DNA of 64,000 nt from an uncultured Syntrophobacter sp. (GTDB lineage: Bacteria > Desulfobacterota > Syntrophobacteria > Syntrophobacterales > Syntrophobacteraceae): NCBI GenBank assembly GCA_963663685.2, contig CAXXDT010000004.1, positions 442-64,441 on the forward strand. The letters are read 5' to 3'. Both the position numbers and the translations under genes were made by a program. The notes under the pieces are model-generated. The model was given only the letters and a program-made list of their open reading frames with translations. It was not told where the DNA came from and ran no database searches. Of this stretch, positions 30,001 through 40,291 are shown piece after piece. Every line of letters starts with the position of its first letter. Positions within the stretch are counted from its first letter, which is position 1.

Positions 30001-30997
30001 GGTCCTGACCGAAAAGCTCTACGGCGACGGGATCGTGGACTTCCTGTATTCGGACCTCAGGGAAAACCCTTCCTGGCTCTTCAGGGCGCTCACCGGCCCC
30101 CGGGTGTCGAGCCTTATCGGATTCATCAGCTACGACACGATACTCGGTCAAAGAATAACCGGAAACCTGTCTTTTCTCCGCGCCTGCGGAGTCGACTTCG
30201 GCGAATGCCTGGACGCTCCGGGGCAACTGGGGACCGTTCGGGAAATTTTCGAGCGCAAAATTCGCTACCGGCAGTGCAGGCCGATGCCCGACGACCCGGA
30301 CGCGGTGGTTGCTCCGGCGGACTCGCGGGTCGTGGTGGGTTCTCTTGCCGAGACTTCAGGGCTCTTCCTCAAGGGGAAGTTCTTCGATTGCGGGGAAATC
30401 CTCGGGAGCGGGAAAAAGAACTGGCTGCCGGAATTCCACGACGGGGACTACGCCATCTTCCGGCTGACTCCCGACAAGTACCATTACAACCATGTGCCGG
30501 TCTCGGGGAGAGTCGAGGATTTTTATGAAATTCCAGGTGATTATCATTCGTGCAATCCCGGTGCCGTGGTGGCCATGGTGACTCCCTATTCCAAAAACAA
30601 ACGCTGGGTCACCATCATCGATACGGAGGTGCCCGGCGGGACCGGGGTCGGCCTGGTCGCGATGATCGAAGTCGCGGCCCTGATGATCGGGGAGGTCGTG
30701 CAGCTCTACAGCGAACGGGAATACGACGACCCGAAGCCGGTCGTGCGGGGTATGTTCCTGGAAAAAGGCTCCCCGAAAAGTCTTTTCCGGCCGGGGAGCA
30801 GCACGGACGTTCTGCTCTTCCAGAGGGACCGTGTGGTCTTCGCGGACGACATCGTCATGAACATGAACACCACCGGGGCCGCAAGCCGCTTTTCCCTGGG
30901 GTTCGGAAGGCCCCTGGTGGAAACGGAAGTCCGCGTCCGGTCCTTCCTCGCGGCGGGCCGGCCCAGGGGGGCGGAAGAAAATCGAAGGGAGTCCTGA
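29957..30997 (+). CDS. Phosphatidylserine decarboxylase-family pyruvoyl enzyme
   Basis: VVAPADSR, IFRLTPDKYHYNHVPVSG, NKRWV, cleavage motif RPGSSTDVLLF; overlaps the upstream gene. Confidence 0.9.
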   Translation: MTRTAHQYIERYTRRVLTEKLYGDGIVDFLYSDLRENPSWLFRALTGPRVSSLIGFISYDTILGQRITGNLSFLRACGVDFGECLDAPGQLGTVREIFERKIRYRQCRPMPDDPDAVVAPADSRVVVGSLAETSGLFLKGKFFDCGEILGSGKKNWLPEFHDGDYAIFRLTPDKYHYNHVPVSGRVEDFYEIPGDYHSCNPGAVVAMVTPYSKNKRWVTIIDTEVPGGTGVGLVAMIEVAALMIGEVVQLYSEREYDDPKPVVRGMFLEKGSPKSLFRPGSSTDVLLFQRDRVVFADDIVMNMNTTGAASRFSLGFGRPLVETEVRVRSFLAAGRPRGAEENRRES

Positions 30998-31001
30998 TCT
31001 T

Positions 31002-32057
31002 ATGGTGAATACGCTGTTCCTGCTGGTATCGGGCGCCGGATTCGGACTGCTGTTGTTCTGGGGCTTCAAGACTCTGCCGGGCGAAAAGTGGCAGATTCTT
31101 GCCGCCGTGCCCGTGGACAGGGACGAATCGGGCCGCTGGAGGGGTGTCAACCTGACGTACTACGGTCTGCTGACGGCTTTGGCTCATGCCGTCGCAGTGG
31201 CGTTCCTGATCATTCTGCTGGGGTCCCTTTCCGTGTCCCTGGCCGGCATTCTGGCGGTGGCCGGTGTACTTCTGTCCTTGTGCGTGCCCGCCGCGGCACT
31301 GATCGCACGGGCCGTGGAAAAAAAACCGTGTACATTCACGGTGGGCGGAGCCGCTCTCGTGGGGTTCGTGATCGCGCCATGGGTGCTCGAAGGCATGAAC
31401 CTTGTCTCCGGGGATGCCGCCGGCCTTCATGTTCCCGTCATTCCGGCCCTGGCCGCGCTGTCCGTATCCTACGCATTCGGAGAAGGGACCGGGCGCCTTG
31501 CGTGTATCAGCTTCGGCTGCTGCTACGGGAAGCTCCTGTCGGAGAGCCGGCCGCTCGTGCGCCGGCTCTTCGAGAACCGGAGTTTCATTTTCTTCGGCAA
31601 GACCAGGAAAATTGCCTATGCAAGCGGGATGGACGGCAAAAAAGTCATCCCGGTCCAGGCGATCACCTCGGTGCTGTTCATTGGGGCCGGGCTCGTGGGA
31701 ACCCTTCTCTTCCTGCAATCGAGGTTCGTTGCGGCCCTCCTGTTCACCGTCCTGGTAACTCAGGGCTGGAGGGCCTTCTCGGAAACGCTCCGGGCGGATT
31801 ACCGGGGTGAAGGGCGCCTCAGCGCCTACCAGTTTATGGCACTGTCCTCGGCGGTCTACGTGGCTGCTCTGCCCTTCCTGCTGCCTTTGGCTCCTTCCCC
31901 CGTCGTTCCCGACCTGACGGCCGGCCTGGCGCTGATCTGGGCTCCCGAGCCTCTCCTGGCCATACAGGTGTTGGCCTTCCTTGTCTTCATCCACACCGGC
32001 CGCAGCATGGTCACGGGATCGATGCTCTCGTTCCACGTGATCAAGGAGAGAATCTGA
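31002..32057 (+). CDS. Prolipoprotein diacylglyceryl transferase (Lgt)-family membrane protein, divergent
   Basis: Multi-TM; TYYGLL, GRLACISFGCCYG (Lgt signature variant), IPVQAIT, WRAFSETLRAD. Confidence 0.82.
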   Translation: MVNTLFLLVSGAGFGLLLFWGFKTLPGEKWQILAAVPVDRDESGRWRGVNLTYYGLLTALAHAVAVAFLIILLGSLSVSLAGILAVAGVLLSLCVPAAALIARAVEKKPCTFTVGGAALVGFVIAPWVLEGMNLVSGDAAGLHVPVIPALAALSVSYAFGEGTGRLACISFGCCYGKLLSESRPLVRRLFENRSFIFFGKTRKIAYASGMDGKKVIPVQAITSVLFIGAGLVGTLLFLQSRFVAALLFTVLVTQGWRAFSETLRADYRGEGRLSAYQFMALSSAVYVAALPFLLPLAPSPVVPDLTAGLALIWAPEPLLAIQVLAFLVFIHTGRSMVTGSMLSFHVIKERI

Positions 32058-32142
32058 TGCGGTCGGATTCCGTCGATTGTGGGCTTGGGGGCTCAGACTC
32101 GGCGCTGCGCGGGATGTTGGGTTGATCGAAGCGATTCCCCTT

Positions 32143-33005
32143 ATGTGCAGTCACGGAAAAATCTCACGCAACGGCGCAACGACGCAACGAAAAACGACCC
32201 TGAGATGCCAGCGAAGCGAAGCCGGGGCGGCTTGGCCACCCGAGAGATCTCCTGAATGGTAAAGGCCGAAACCAGCCTCACGCAACGGCGCAACGACGCA
32301 ACGAAAAACGCCCCTGAGGTGTTGTGAAGGGAAACGGGACCGGCTTGGCCCGCCCGGACGGGTGGCCCGGACAACTCGTTTGTCCGGGCGCGAAGCGCGG
32401 GAGGAAGGCGATAATCCATTGCTGCTGCGAGGGTCGACGAGATTGATGACACCAGGCCGCCCCTCCTGTCCTGACGGACCCGGACAACGAGTTGTCCGGG
32501 CCACCCGAGAGATCTCCTGAATGGTAAGGGCCGAAACCAGCCTCACGCAACGGCGCAACGACGCAACGAAAAACGACCCTGAGATGCCAGCGAAGCGAAG
32601 CCGGGGCGGCTTGGCCACCCGAGAGATCTCCTGAATGGTAAAGGCCGAAACCAGCCTCACGCAACGGTGCAACGACGCAACGAAAAACGACCCTGAGATG
32701 TTGTGAAGGGAAACGGGACCGGCTTGGCCCGCCCGGACGGGTGGCCCGGACAACTCGTTTGTCCGGGCGCGAAGCGCGGGAGGAAGGCGATAATCCATTG
32801 CTGCTGCGAGGGTCGACGAGATTGATGACACCAGGCCGCCCCTCCTGTCCTGACGGACCCGGACAACTCGTTTGTCCGGGCGCGAAGCGCAGGAGGGGGG
32901 GGCAATGGAAAGCCGTGAGTGGGGATGATCAGTTTTTCCCCCTTTCGTGCAGCCACGGAGAAATCTCACGCAACGGCGCAACGACGCAACGAAAAACGAA
33001 AAAGA
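32143..33005. repeat. Composite repeat array, reverse-complement relative of the 26.6-27.2 kb array; includes a 379-bp tandem duplication
   Basis: CTCACGCAACGG(C/T)GCAACGACGCAACGAAAAACG at 32163, 32277, 32542, 32656 and 32965; hairpin CCCGGACAACTCGTTTGTCCGGG repeated. Confidence 0.92.
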
Positions 33006-33192
33006 TGCGTTTGGAAACGTGAAGCTGCAAGGCTGTGGCGGGGTTGGGTGAAGTTGAAGAATTGAGAAATACATGGGACGGCCGAGCGGTTTGAAAACTC
33101 CCTCCACTTTCGTGGAGGGATATTTCCCTGGTCTATGGTCCGTAACCGGAGTGTCCGCGCCCCCCCGCTTTCGCGGGGGTTCTGTTCGACGG

Positions 33193-33561
33193 TCAGGCGA
33201 CCTTGCGGCGCACAGCGCTTTCCAGCTCTTTCTTGCAGTCGATGCAAAGCGTGGCCGTCGGGTGCGCCTTCAGCCGCTTCATTTCGATGCTTCTGCCGCA
33301 TTCCGAGCAGATGCCGAATTTCCCGTTCCGAATGCGCTGCAGAGCGTCCAGGATTTCCTGGATCTGCCGCTCGTTTCGATGCTGCATCCGCAGCGTGAAT
33401 TCCTGTTCATATCGTTTGCATGTCTGGTCAATTTCATCCATGGGTTCCTGACTGGCTTCGAGGCTTGCCAAAACGGACAGCCTGCTCCTCATCGGCGGGA
33501 CGACTTCCCTCAGATGCATGGTCAGGCTTTCGTTGAAGTATGCCAAAACTTCTTTTTCCAT
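33193..33561 (-). CDS. TraR/DksA-family C4 zinc-finger protein
   Basis: AAGGAG SD; DEIDQT coiled-coil tip; ALQRIRNGKFGICSECGRSI...RLKAHPTATLCIDC. Confidence 0.88.
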   Translation of the reverse strand: MEKEVLAYFNESLTMHLREVVPPMRSRLSVLASLEASQEPMDEIDQTCKRYEQEFTLRMQHRNERQIQEILDALQRIRNGKFGICSECGRSIEMKRLKAHPTATLCIDCKKELESAVRRKVA

Positions 33562-33830
33562 GACGTTCACTCCTTGGATGCATGAATCAATTACCGGGTC
33601 GTTCCCGCTTCTCTTCCCCGGGCGGTTCCCGTGGACCGAAGCATGGAACTCCAGCAGGCCGCGGCCGTAAATCGGCGTCCGGGACCTGCACATTTCGGGC
33701 GGGATTGTAGTTTTTCGCTGTTACGGCCTTGTGCCGGGATTGTGGATATTCGGTTGATTCGGCGCGTGCAGGACGCGGCGGGGGGGCGATTCTCGTTGTG
33801 GACCGGCATTTGGAAAAACCTGGGGCGGAT

Positions 33831-33848
33831 GTAACAATGTCGTAACAC
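33831..33848 (+). promoter_or_regulatory. Pho-box-like direct repeat upstream of phoB
   Basis: GTAACA(33831)-N5-GTAACA(33842), 11-bp period. Confidence 0.65.
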
Positions 33849-33911
33849 GAGGGACATCATTCCGCCATGTCGGTATGGTTAACTCTTGGCGTCCCGGAGG
33901 AGGAGTGAAAG

Positions 33912-34595
33912 ATGCAAAGGACACGCGTTCTTATCGTCGAAGATGATTCCGATATCCTGAATCTGCTGTCCTACAACGTTCAAGCGGCGGGCTTCGATGT
34001 CGTAACCGCAGTGGATGGAAACGCTGCACTGGCGATGGTCAGGCAGCATTCGCCGGACCTCGTCCTGCTGGATCTCATGATTCCGGGCATCGACGGATTT
34101 GAAGTGTGCAGGGAACTGAAACGGGGCTTGGAAACGAGGAACATCCCCGTGATCATGCTGACCGCCAGGGGGGAGGAAGTGGACCGCATCGTGGGCCTGG
34201 AACTCGGGGCGGACGATTACGTGGTAAAGCCTTTCAGCCCGCGGGAACTGATTCTGAGGATTCGTGCGGTTCTTCGCAGGTCGGCACCGGAAGCCATGGT
34301 CGAATCGGTCTGGCAGAACGAAGACCTGCGAGTGGATTTCGACGGCCACAAGCTTTCAGTGGACGGTGAAGACGTGCCTCTCACGGCGACCGAGTTCAAG
34401 CTCCTGTCGGAACTGATCCGCAATCCGGGTAAGGTCCAGACACGGGATCAGCTGTTGGACCGGGTGTGGGCCTACCAGTTCGACGGCTATGCCCGTACGG
34501 TCGATACTCACGTTCGCCGGCTGCGACAGAAGCTGGGGCGGTATTCGGAATGGGTTGAAACCGTTCGCGGCGTGGGCTATCGCTTCCGGGGCTGA
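33912..34595 (+). CDS. phoB: OmpR/PhoB-family response regulator, probably PhoB
   Basis: LIVEDD, LLDLMIPGIDG, MLTA, GADDYVVKPFS, RTVDTHVRRLRQKL, TVRGVGY; followed by pstB. Confidence 0.85.
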   Translation: MQRTRVLIVEDDSDILNLLSYNVQAAGFDVVTAVDGNAALAMVRQHSPDLVLLDLMIPGIDGFEVCRELKRGLETRNIPVIMLTARGEEVDRIVGLELGADDYVVKPFSPRELILRIRAVLRRSAPEAMVESVWQNEDLRVDFDGHKLSVDGEDVPLTATEFKLLSELIRNPGKVQTRDQLLDRVWAYQFDGYARTVDTHVRRLRQKLGRYSEWVETVRGVGYRFRG

Positions 34596-34672
34596 GGCCC
34601 TCACGCGGAAAAGCCGTTACGTCCGTATTCCGGGCGCCGTGGCCCGATGGAGAATAAAGAAGAGCGAATCAT

Positions 34673-35431
34673 ATGAACAAACTCAAAATGACCTCCACGA
34701 AAGTGAATTTTTACTATGGCGATTTTCAAGCCTTGCATGAGGTCTCGTTGGAATTCTACCAAAATCAGGTGACGGCCCTCATCGGCCCGTCCGGGTGCGG
34801 AAAAAGCACCTTTCTGCGGTGCCTCAACCGTATGAACGACCTGATCCCCGTGGCGCGGGTCGAAGGCGCGATCATGCTCGACGGTGAAGACATTTATGTC
34901 TCCGGAGTGGACGTGGTGACGCTCCGGCGAAGGGTCGGAATGGTATTCCAGAAGCCGAATCCCTTTCCAAAGACCATCTCCGAAAACGTCGCCTACGGCC
35001 TGAGAGTGAACGGGATCCGGGACAGGGCCTTCATTGCGGAACGCGTGGAAAAGAGCCTTCGCCAGGCCGCTCTGTGGGAAGAAGTGAAGGACCGGCTGCA
35101 TCAGTCCGCCCTCGGCCTCTCCGGCGGCCAGCAGCAGAGGCTGTGCATCGCACGGGCCCTGGCCGTGGAACCGGAAGTGCTTCTCATGGATGAACCCGCC
35201 TCGGCCCTCGATCCCATCGCCACGCAAAAAATCGAGGAACTGATCGAGGGCCTCAAGGAAAACTATACCATCATCATCGTTACCCACAACATGCAGCAGG
35301 CGGCGCGGGTGTCCGACGTCACGGCCTTCTTTTACATGGGTAAGCTCATCGAGGCGGATACCACCGAAACGCTGTTCACCAGGCCCAGGTTCCGGCAGAC
35401 GGAAGACTATATTACCGGCAGGTTCGGTTGA
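34673..35431 (+). CDS. pstB: Phosphate ABC transporter ATP-binding protein
   Basis: [58 protein letters not shown]. Confidence 0.97.
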   Translation: MNKLKMTSTKVNFYYGDFQALHEVSLEFYQNQVTALIGPSGCGKSTFLRCLNRMNDLIPVARVEGAIMLDGEDIYVSGVDVVTLRRRVGMVFQKPNPFPKTISENVAYGLRVNGIRDRAFIAERVEKSLRQAALWEEVKDRLHQSALGLSGGQQQRLCIARALAVEPEVLLMDEPASALDPIATQKIEELIEGLKENYTIIIVTHNMQQAARVSDVTAFFYMGKLIEADTTETLFTRPRFRQTEDYITGRFG

Positions 35432-35523
35432 TGCGGCGTTTCCCGTTTTGGTGACCGCGATCACCCACATGCCTGCGTTCGGTCCTTCTTCCTTTTTCCC
35501 GGTGCTTATGCCTCCTTCCCGTG

Positions 35524-37350
35524 TCAGCGGACGATCCAGGCCTGAGTCTTCCTTTGGGCCAGCCTGTTCAGGATTTGGTACACGCCGCGGGCAAGCATGT
35601 TGATCACCACGATGAGGATCGACATCGCCGCGGCGGACGCCGTGTCCCCCGCGTCGTCCATGTTGGCGACGGCGACCGAAGCCAGGGGAATGTCCGGCGT
35701 ATACAGGAAAATGACCGCGGACACCGTGGCCATTGAATTCACGAAAATGTACATGGCCGTTTCGAGCACCGCCGGAAGGCATACGGGGACGGTCACCCGC
35801 ATGAAGGTCCTGTAAAAGGGGACCCCGAGGGATTCCGACACCGATTCGAATTCCTTGTCCAGTTGTTTGAGCGCCGTGGTGGCGGTGAGGAAGCCCACCG
35901 TGTAAAAATGCACGACGTTGCTCAGTACCAGCATGGCCATTGTCGCGTAGAGAAAGCTGAACGGATTGGGGACGTGCAACCCGAAGAGGTTGATGGTCAG
36001 CGGGTTGAAGAAGAAAATGTAGCTCAACCCGATCACCATTCCCGGCAGGGCCAGGGGCAGAATGGACAGCAGGTAGGCGGCCTGCCTCAGGGCGCGCATT
36101 CCTCTGCTCTTTTCGATGAGGTAGGCCGATGCGAAAGTGAGCACCGTTCCGGCCGCCGCTGAATACAGGCTCATACGGGCACTGTTCCAAAGGGCCGAGT
36201 ACCCGCCGCCTCCCATCCTGCTGAAGTTGTAGTTCCAGAACCCGAGGGTGAGGTTGTAAGGCCAGGATTTCACCAGGGAAGCAAACAACGCGGTGAGGTA
36301 AAAAGCCGCAATGAAAAGGCTCACGGACAGGCAAAAAGCGAAGAAAACCGCATCGCCCGCCCGGTTCGGGCGAGGAGTCAGGGGGACCGATCGGGCGGTG
36401 ATCGATGAAAATTGTCTGCGCTGGCAGACGCGGTCGGCAATAAAGGCGATCACCGTGGGGAGCAGCAGCACGCAGCTCACCACCGCCCCCATGGTAAAGT
36501 TCTGCTGGCCGATGACCTGCTTGTAAATATCGGTCGCCAGAATATTATACCGGCCGCCCACGACCTTGGGCGCTCCGAAATCCGTGAAAGCCAGGATGAA
36601 CGAAACAAAGAGCGAGCTGATGAACCCGTATTTGATCCCGGGCAGGGTGACGGTAAAGAAGGTCTTTATTCCGGAAGCGCCGAGGGAAAGGGACGCTTCG
36701 TACAGTCTTGCATCCGTCAGCCGTAGAGCGACGGAAAGGATGAGGACGGTCTGCGGGAGCGTGTAAAGGATTTCGGCGATGATGATCCCGACCGGGCCGT
36801 ACAGTCCGATGTCGAAGCCGGGGAACAGTCCGAAGAAGCCGGTGGTGAACAGCCCCTTTTTGCCGAAGAGATAGACCAGCGCTATGCCGTTCAGGAGCGT
36901 GGGGGAAAAGAGGAGCATCATGACGATGCTCAGGAAAAAACTCTTGGCCCGGATACAGGTCCTTGTCAGGCCATAGGCGTACGCCAGCCCCAGTATTCCG
37001 GAAACCGCCGTGGTGGTGAAGGCTATGAAGAGACTGTTGAAGAGCGAGCCGAAGAGCGCGGGGGTCCGGAAATAGGTGATAAAATTCCGAAGGCCCGCGA
37101 AATTTCCCTGCTGATCGTAGAGGCTTTTGCCGAGCAGTTGGACCACGGGGAAAACCACGGCGACGGTCAGCCATGCGCAGACGAGCAGCACGAGCGCACG
37201 GCGAAGCCACTCGTGGGCGTCGAGCTGTTCCAGCAGGCCGGGTTTTTCCGCCGTCGCGCCGGGGCCCCCCGATTCGTATGGCTCGATAGCCTGCCGGCCC
37301 ACGCCCCGGGTGGATTGCAATGGTGCCGGAGAAAGGCTTTCAGGCCGCAT
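35524..37350 (-). CDS. ABC transporter permease, putative 2-aminoethylphosphonate/Fe(III)-type (two EAA modules)
   Basis: DARLYEASLSLGAS, TDFGAPKVVGG, LATDIYKQVIGQQNF, LDKEFESVSESL, NMDDAGD. Confidence 0.88.
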   Translation of the reverse strand: MRPESLSPAPLQSTRGVGRQAIEPYESGGPGATAEKPGLLEQLDAHEWLRRALVLLVCAWLTVAVVFPVVQLLGKSLYDQQGNFAGLRNFITYFRTPALFGSLFNSLFIAFTTTAVSGILGLAYAYGLTRTCIRAKSFFLSIVMMLLFSPTLLNGIALVYLFGKKGLFTTGFFGLFPGFDIGLYGPVGIIIAEILYTLPQTVLILSVALRLTDARLYEASLSLGASGIKTFFTVTLPGIKYGFISSLFVSFILAFTDFGAPKVVGGRYNILATDIYKQVIGQQNFTMGAVVSCVLLLPTVIAFIADRVCQRRQFSSITARSVPLTPRPNRAGDAVFFAFCLSVSLFIAAFYLTALFASLVKSWPYNLTLGFWNYNFSRMGGGGYSALWNSARMSLYSAAAGTVLTFASAYLIEKSRGMRALRQAAYLLSILPLALPGMVIGLSYIFFFNPLTINLFGLHVPNPFSFLYATMAMLVLSNVVHFYTVGFLTATTALKQLDKEFESVSESLGVPFYRTFMRVTVPVCLPAVLETAMYIFVNSMATVSAVIFLYTPDIPLASVAVANMDDAGDTASAAAMSILIVVINMLARGVYQILNRLAQRKTQAWIVR

Positions 37351-38440
37351 ACGCTCTCAGCCGATCCACGGGGATGCCGATATTGACCGGCATGTTTTCC
37401 CGGATTTGCAGCCGGCGGATCATCTCGGCGGGAATTTCGGCCATGATCGTGGAAGCATCTTCATCCACGCGGAGGCTCAAGGTAACCCGATAGCTCGAAC
37501 CGCAATATTCCATTCCTTTAACCAGGGCCGGGAGCGTGTTTGCTCTCTTCTCGCCGTTCCCGGTGACCAGGACGTCCTCCGGCCTTACGGCAAGGATTAC
37601 CCGGGTGCCCCGGGGCAGGGAATCCGATCCGTCGGAAAGGAGGCTCAGGTTCCCCTTGCGGTAGACCCTGGGCGCTTCTTTGATAATGCCTTGTATGAAA
37701 TTCATGGAACCGATGAAGGAAGCCACGAACGGACTGGCCGGCCGGTCGTAGATCTCGCTCGGAGTGCCGCTCTGCAGGAGGCACCCGTCATTCATGACGA
37801 GAATCTTGTCGGCCATCGAGAGGGCCTCTTCCTGGTCGTGGGTGACCATGAGGGTGGTTATGCCCAGTCTTTTCTGGAGTTGCCTGATCTCTGAGCGGAG
37901 CCTCACGCGCACCTTGGCGTCTAGGGCCGACAGGGGTTCATCCAGGAGCAGGAGCGACGGAGAGGCGGCAATGGCCCTTGCCAGCGCCACCCGCTGCTGC
38001 TGGCCCCCCGAAAGCTGTGCGGGGTACTTCTTTTCCGAACCTTCGAGTCCCATGATTTCGAACAGTTCCCGCACACGCCGCTTCACGCCGTCCTTTCCGG
38101 CCGTGCGGCCGTTGAGCCCGTAGGCCACGTTCCGTTCGGCGGTGAGGTTCGGGAAGAGGGCGTACGATTGGAAAACGATCCCCACGTTTCGTTTGGAGAC
38201 GGAAAGAGTGGAGACGTCCCTGCCGTCGATCACGACGTGCCCGGTCTTTTGCTTTTCCAGCCCGGCGACCACCCTCAGCAGCGTTGTCTTGCCGCATCCG
38301 CTGGGCCCCAGGATGGACAGGAACTCGCCTCGTCCCGCTTCAAAGCTGACGTCCTGAAGCGCCGTAAAGTTCCCGAACTTCATGGTGGCCTCACGGACTT
38401 CGAGATAACTATCGCCGGCTTCCGATATTCTTTCACTCAT
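37340..38440 (-). CDS. ABC transporter ATP-binding protein, putative 2-aminoethylphosphonate transporter
   Basis: [44 protein letters not shown]-terminal TOBE-like region. Confidence 0.9.
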   Translation of the reverse strand: MSERISEAGDSYLEVREATMKFGNFTALQDVSFEAGRGEFLSILGPSGCGKTTLLRVVAGLEKQKTGHVVIDGRDVSTLSVSKRNVGIVFQSYALFPNLTAERNVAYGLNGRTAGKDGVKRRVRELFEIMGLEGSEKKYPAQLSGGQQQRVALARAIAASPSLLLLDEPLSALDAKVRVRLRSEIRQLQKRLGITTLMVTHDQEEALSMADKILVMNDGCLLQSGTPSEIYDRPASPFVASFIGSMNFIQGIIKEAPRVYRKGNLSLLSDGSDSLPRGTRVILAVRPEDVLVTGNGEKRANTLPALVKGMEYCGSSYRVTLSLRVDEDASTIMAEIPAEMIRRLQIRENMPVNIGIPVDRLRAYAA

Positions 38441-38503
38441 GGGTGTTCCTTTTGCGGGGCGGAGCGCTCAGGCGCGTTCGCCCCGCAGACCGTAAGGTTG
38501 TGT

Positions 38504-39547
38504 CTATTTCTTGGGTTCACTTTTGCTGTCGTAGCGTTTGGTCCATTCGGCAAGGATTGCATCCCGATTCTTCGCGGCCCACGAGAGGTCGTTCTTTATG
38601 AGCTGTTTGAAGGGATCGGCGGGGTATTCTTTGGGGATGGGTTCTCCCGTGGCATAAGCCGTAACGGGATAGACCTTGGCGTAAAGCTTCATGACCTCGG
38701 GGGAAAGCGCCCAGTCAAGGAACTTCGCGGCGGAGTCCTTAACGACGGTTTTTTTCACCAGGGCATTGGCCTCCACATCCCATCCGCAGCCTTCTTTCGG
38801 GAAAACCGTATCGACGGGTTCACCCTTCTGCTTTTGAGTGATTCCCCGGTAGCCGAAAGATATGCCGATGGGGTATTCCCCTGTGCCCGCCATCTTGCAG
38901 GGTTTCGAACCGGAATGCGTGTATTGGGCGATGTTCTCATGGAGCTTGTCCAGGTATGCCCACCCCTCTTTTTCTCCCATCATCTGGAGGATCGCCGAAA
39001 CCGTCAGAAACCCGGTGCCGGAGGAGGCCGGGTTGGGCATGACGATCTTGCCCTTGTATTCCGGTTTGATCAGATCGGAAAAAGAGGTGGGAATGGGCAA
39101 ATTCTGTGCCTTGGCTTCAATCGTGTTGACACAGAAACCGGTTTCCCATGCCTTGATGCCGACCCAGTGGGGAGGGTTGGCCGTGTCCTTCATGTTCGCA
39201 TTCACTTTGCCCAGGTCCCTGGGAGCATATCCCTGCAACATACCCGCCTGATTGCAGACCAGAAGGCTGGTCGCGGCGAGGCCCCAGATCACGTCGGCCT
39301 GGGGATTGTCCTTTTCGGCGAGCAGCTTGGCGGTAACGATGCCCGTTGAATCCCGGACAATCTTGACATTCACATCGGGGTACGCCTTTTTGAAAAGTTC
39401 CAGGTATGCGGGATACTCGTCGTCTTCGAGCGCCGTGTAGACGGTGAGGTCTTCGGCGTGGGCGAATTGAGAGAGCATTGCCGTGCAAAACATTACCAGC
39501 AGTGCGAGCAGTAACCGTTTCCGTAGTCTTTTGTTGTTTCCGGACAT
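38504..39547 (-). CDS. ABC transporter substrate-binding protein, putative 2-aminoethylphosphonate
   Basis: [49 protein letters not shown]. Confidence 0.88.
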   Translation of the reverse strand: MSGNNKRLRKRLLLALLVMFCTAMLSQFAHAEDLTVYTALEDDEYPAYLELFKKAYPDVNVKIVRDSTGIVTAKLLAEKDNPQADVIWGLAATSLLVCNQAGMLQGYAPRDLGKVNANMKDTANPPHWVGIKAWETGFCVNTIEAKAQNLPIPTSFSDLIKPEYKGKIVMPNPASSGTGFLTVSAILQMMGEKEGWAYLDKLHENIAQYTHSGSKPCKMAGTGEYPIGISFGYRGITQKQKGEPVDTVFPKEGCGWDVEANALVKKTVVKDSAAKFLDWALSPEVMKLYAKVYPVTAYATGEPIPKEYPADPFKQLIKNDLSWAAKNRDAILAEWTKRYDSKSEPKK

Positions 39548-39958
39548 GGTGTTCTCCTTGGCAAAATGACGTTCATTGAATCGGCTTTCCGGCTATCAAG
39601 TGCGGAATATGCTAGCGGATCACTGTTACGGTCAGATGTCTCTTCCGTTACAGTTCACGGATATCCGGGAAGCGTTCCGGTCCGCCTCACGCCGCCTGCC
39701 GATCGCTCCTCCACCCTGCCGGGGCGGCCTCAAAATCCACCAAACGGTTACCAGTCCGGAATATTGCCGTAACAATGCCTCGGTATTGTCATTTCCTGAA
39801 ATTCAAGGGGGCGCGCGCACTCGGTCCATACACTCAATGACGGCCTGCCGGGCCATCAGGGTGGCCGGCAGACCCGCGTGGGCCAGGCCTTACAGGTTCA
39901 TGGGCGGCGCGGGCAACGAGGTTGGCCCTCTGTTTCAGAAGGAAGGACGCAGGAATTG

Positions 39959-40291
39959 ATGAATTGCGAGTGTGAAATGGGGTCGGACAAAACGCCGGGA
40001 ACGACAGGCGGTGGTCCCGGGCCAGAATTACGCTGTCCCGTTTGCTGTTCTCATGCGCTGCATGAACTGGGCGCTCCCGAAGGTTCGAAACGACGGTATG
40101 TATGTGTCGTGTGCGGCAGGCGTTTCACCCTGGGGACGGTAGAGAAAGACGAAGAGCTGAAGCCGGTGTGTCCCGAATGCGGAAGTGCGATGGAGCCATT
40201 CCGGGGATATCCGAAAGAGGCCAGGTTCAGGTGTTCCATGTACCCCTTGTGCGGCACCTATCTGAAAGCCCCTCAGGGAAGGGATTCGTAA
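39959..40291 (+). CDS. Small double zinc-ribbon protein
   Basis: CPVC...CVVC and CPECGSAM...RCSMYPLC (topoisomerase C4-type); TAATG coupling to the next gene. Start uncertain. Confidence 0.6.
   Translation: MNCECEMGSDKTPGTTGGGPGPELRCPVCCSHALHELGAPEGSKRRYVCVVCGRRFTLGTVEKDEELKPVCPECGSAMEPFRGYPKEARFRCSMYPLCGTYLKAPQGRDS

Noticed and set aside
26598-33005. Repeat arrays as CRISPR
   Set aside because: The intervening segments are long (about 80-270 bp) and themselves duplicated rather than unique spacers; no cas genes.
39620-39795. Pho boxes upstream of the phosphonate-type ABC operon
   Set aside because: GTAAC half-sites exist (39624, 39646, 39769) but at 22-bp or irregular spacing; too weak to call.
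39959-40291. IS1 InsA remnant
   Set aside because: The first zinc ribbon is InsA-like, but there is no insB or terminal IR and the gene is coupled to the methyltransferase.
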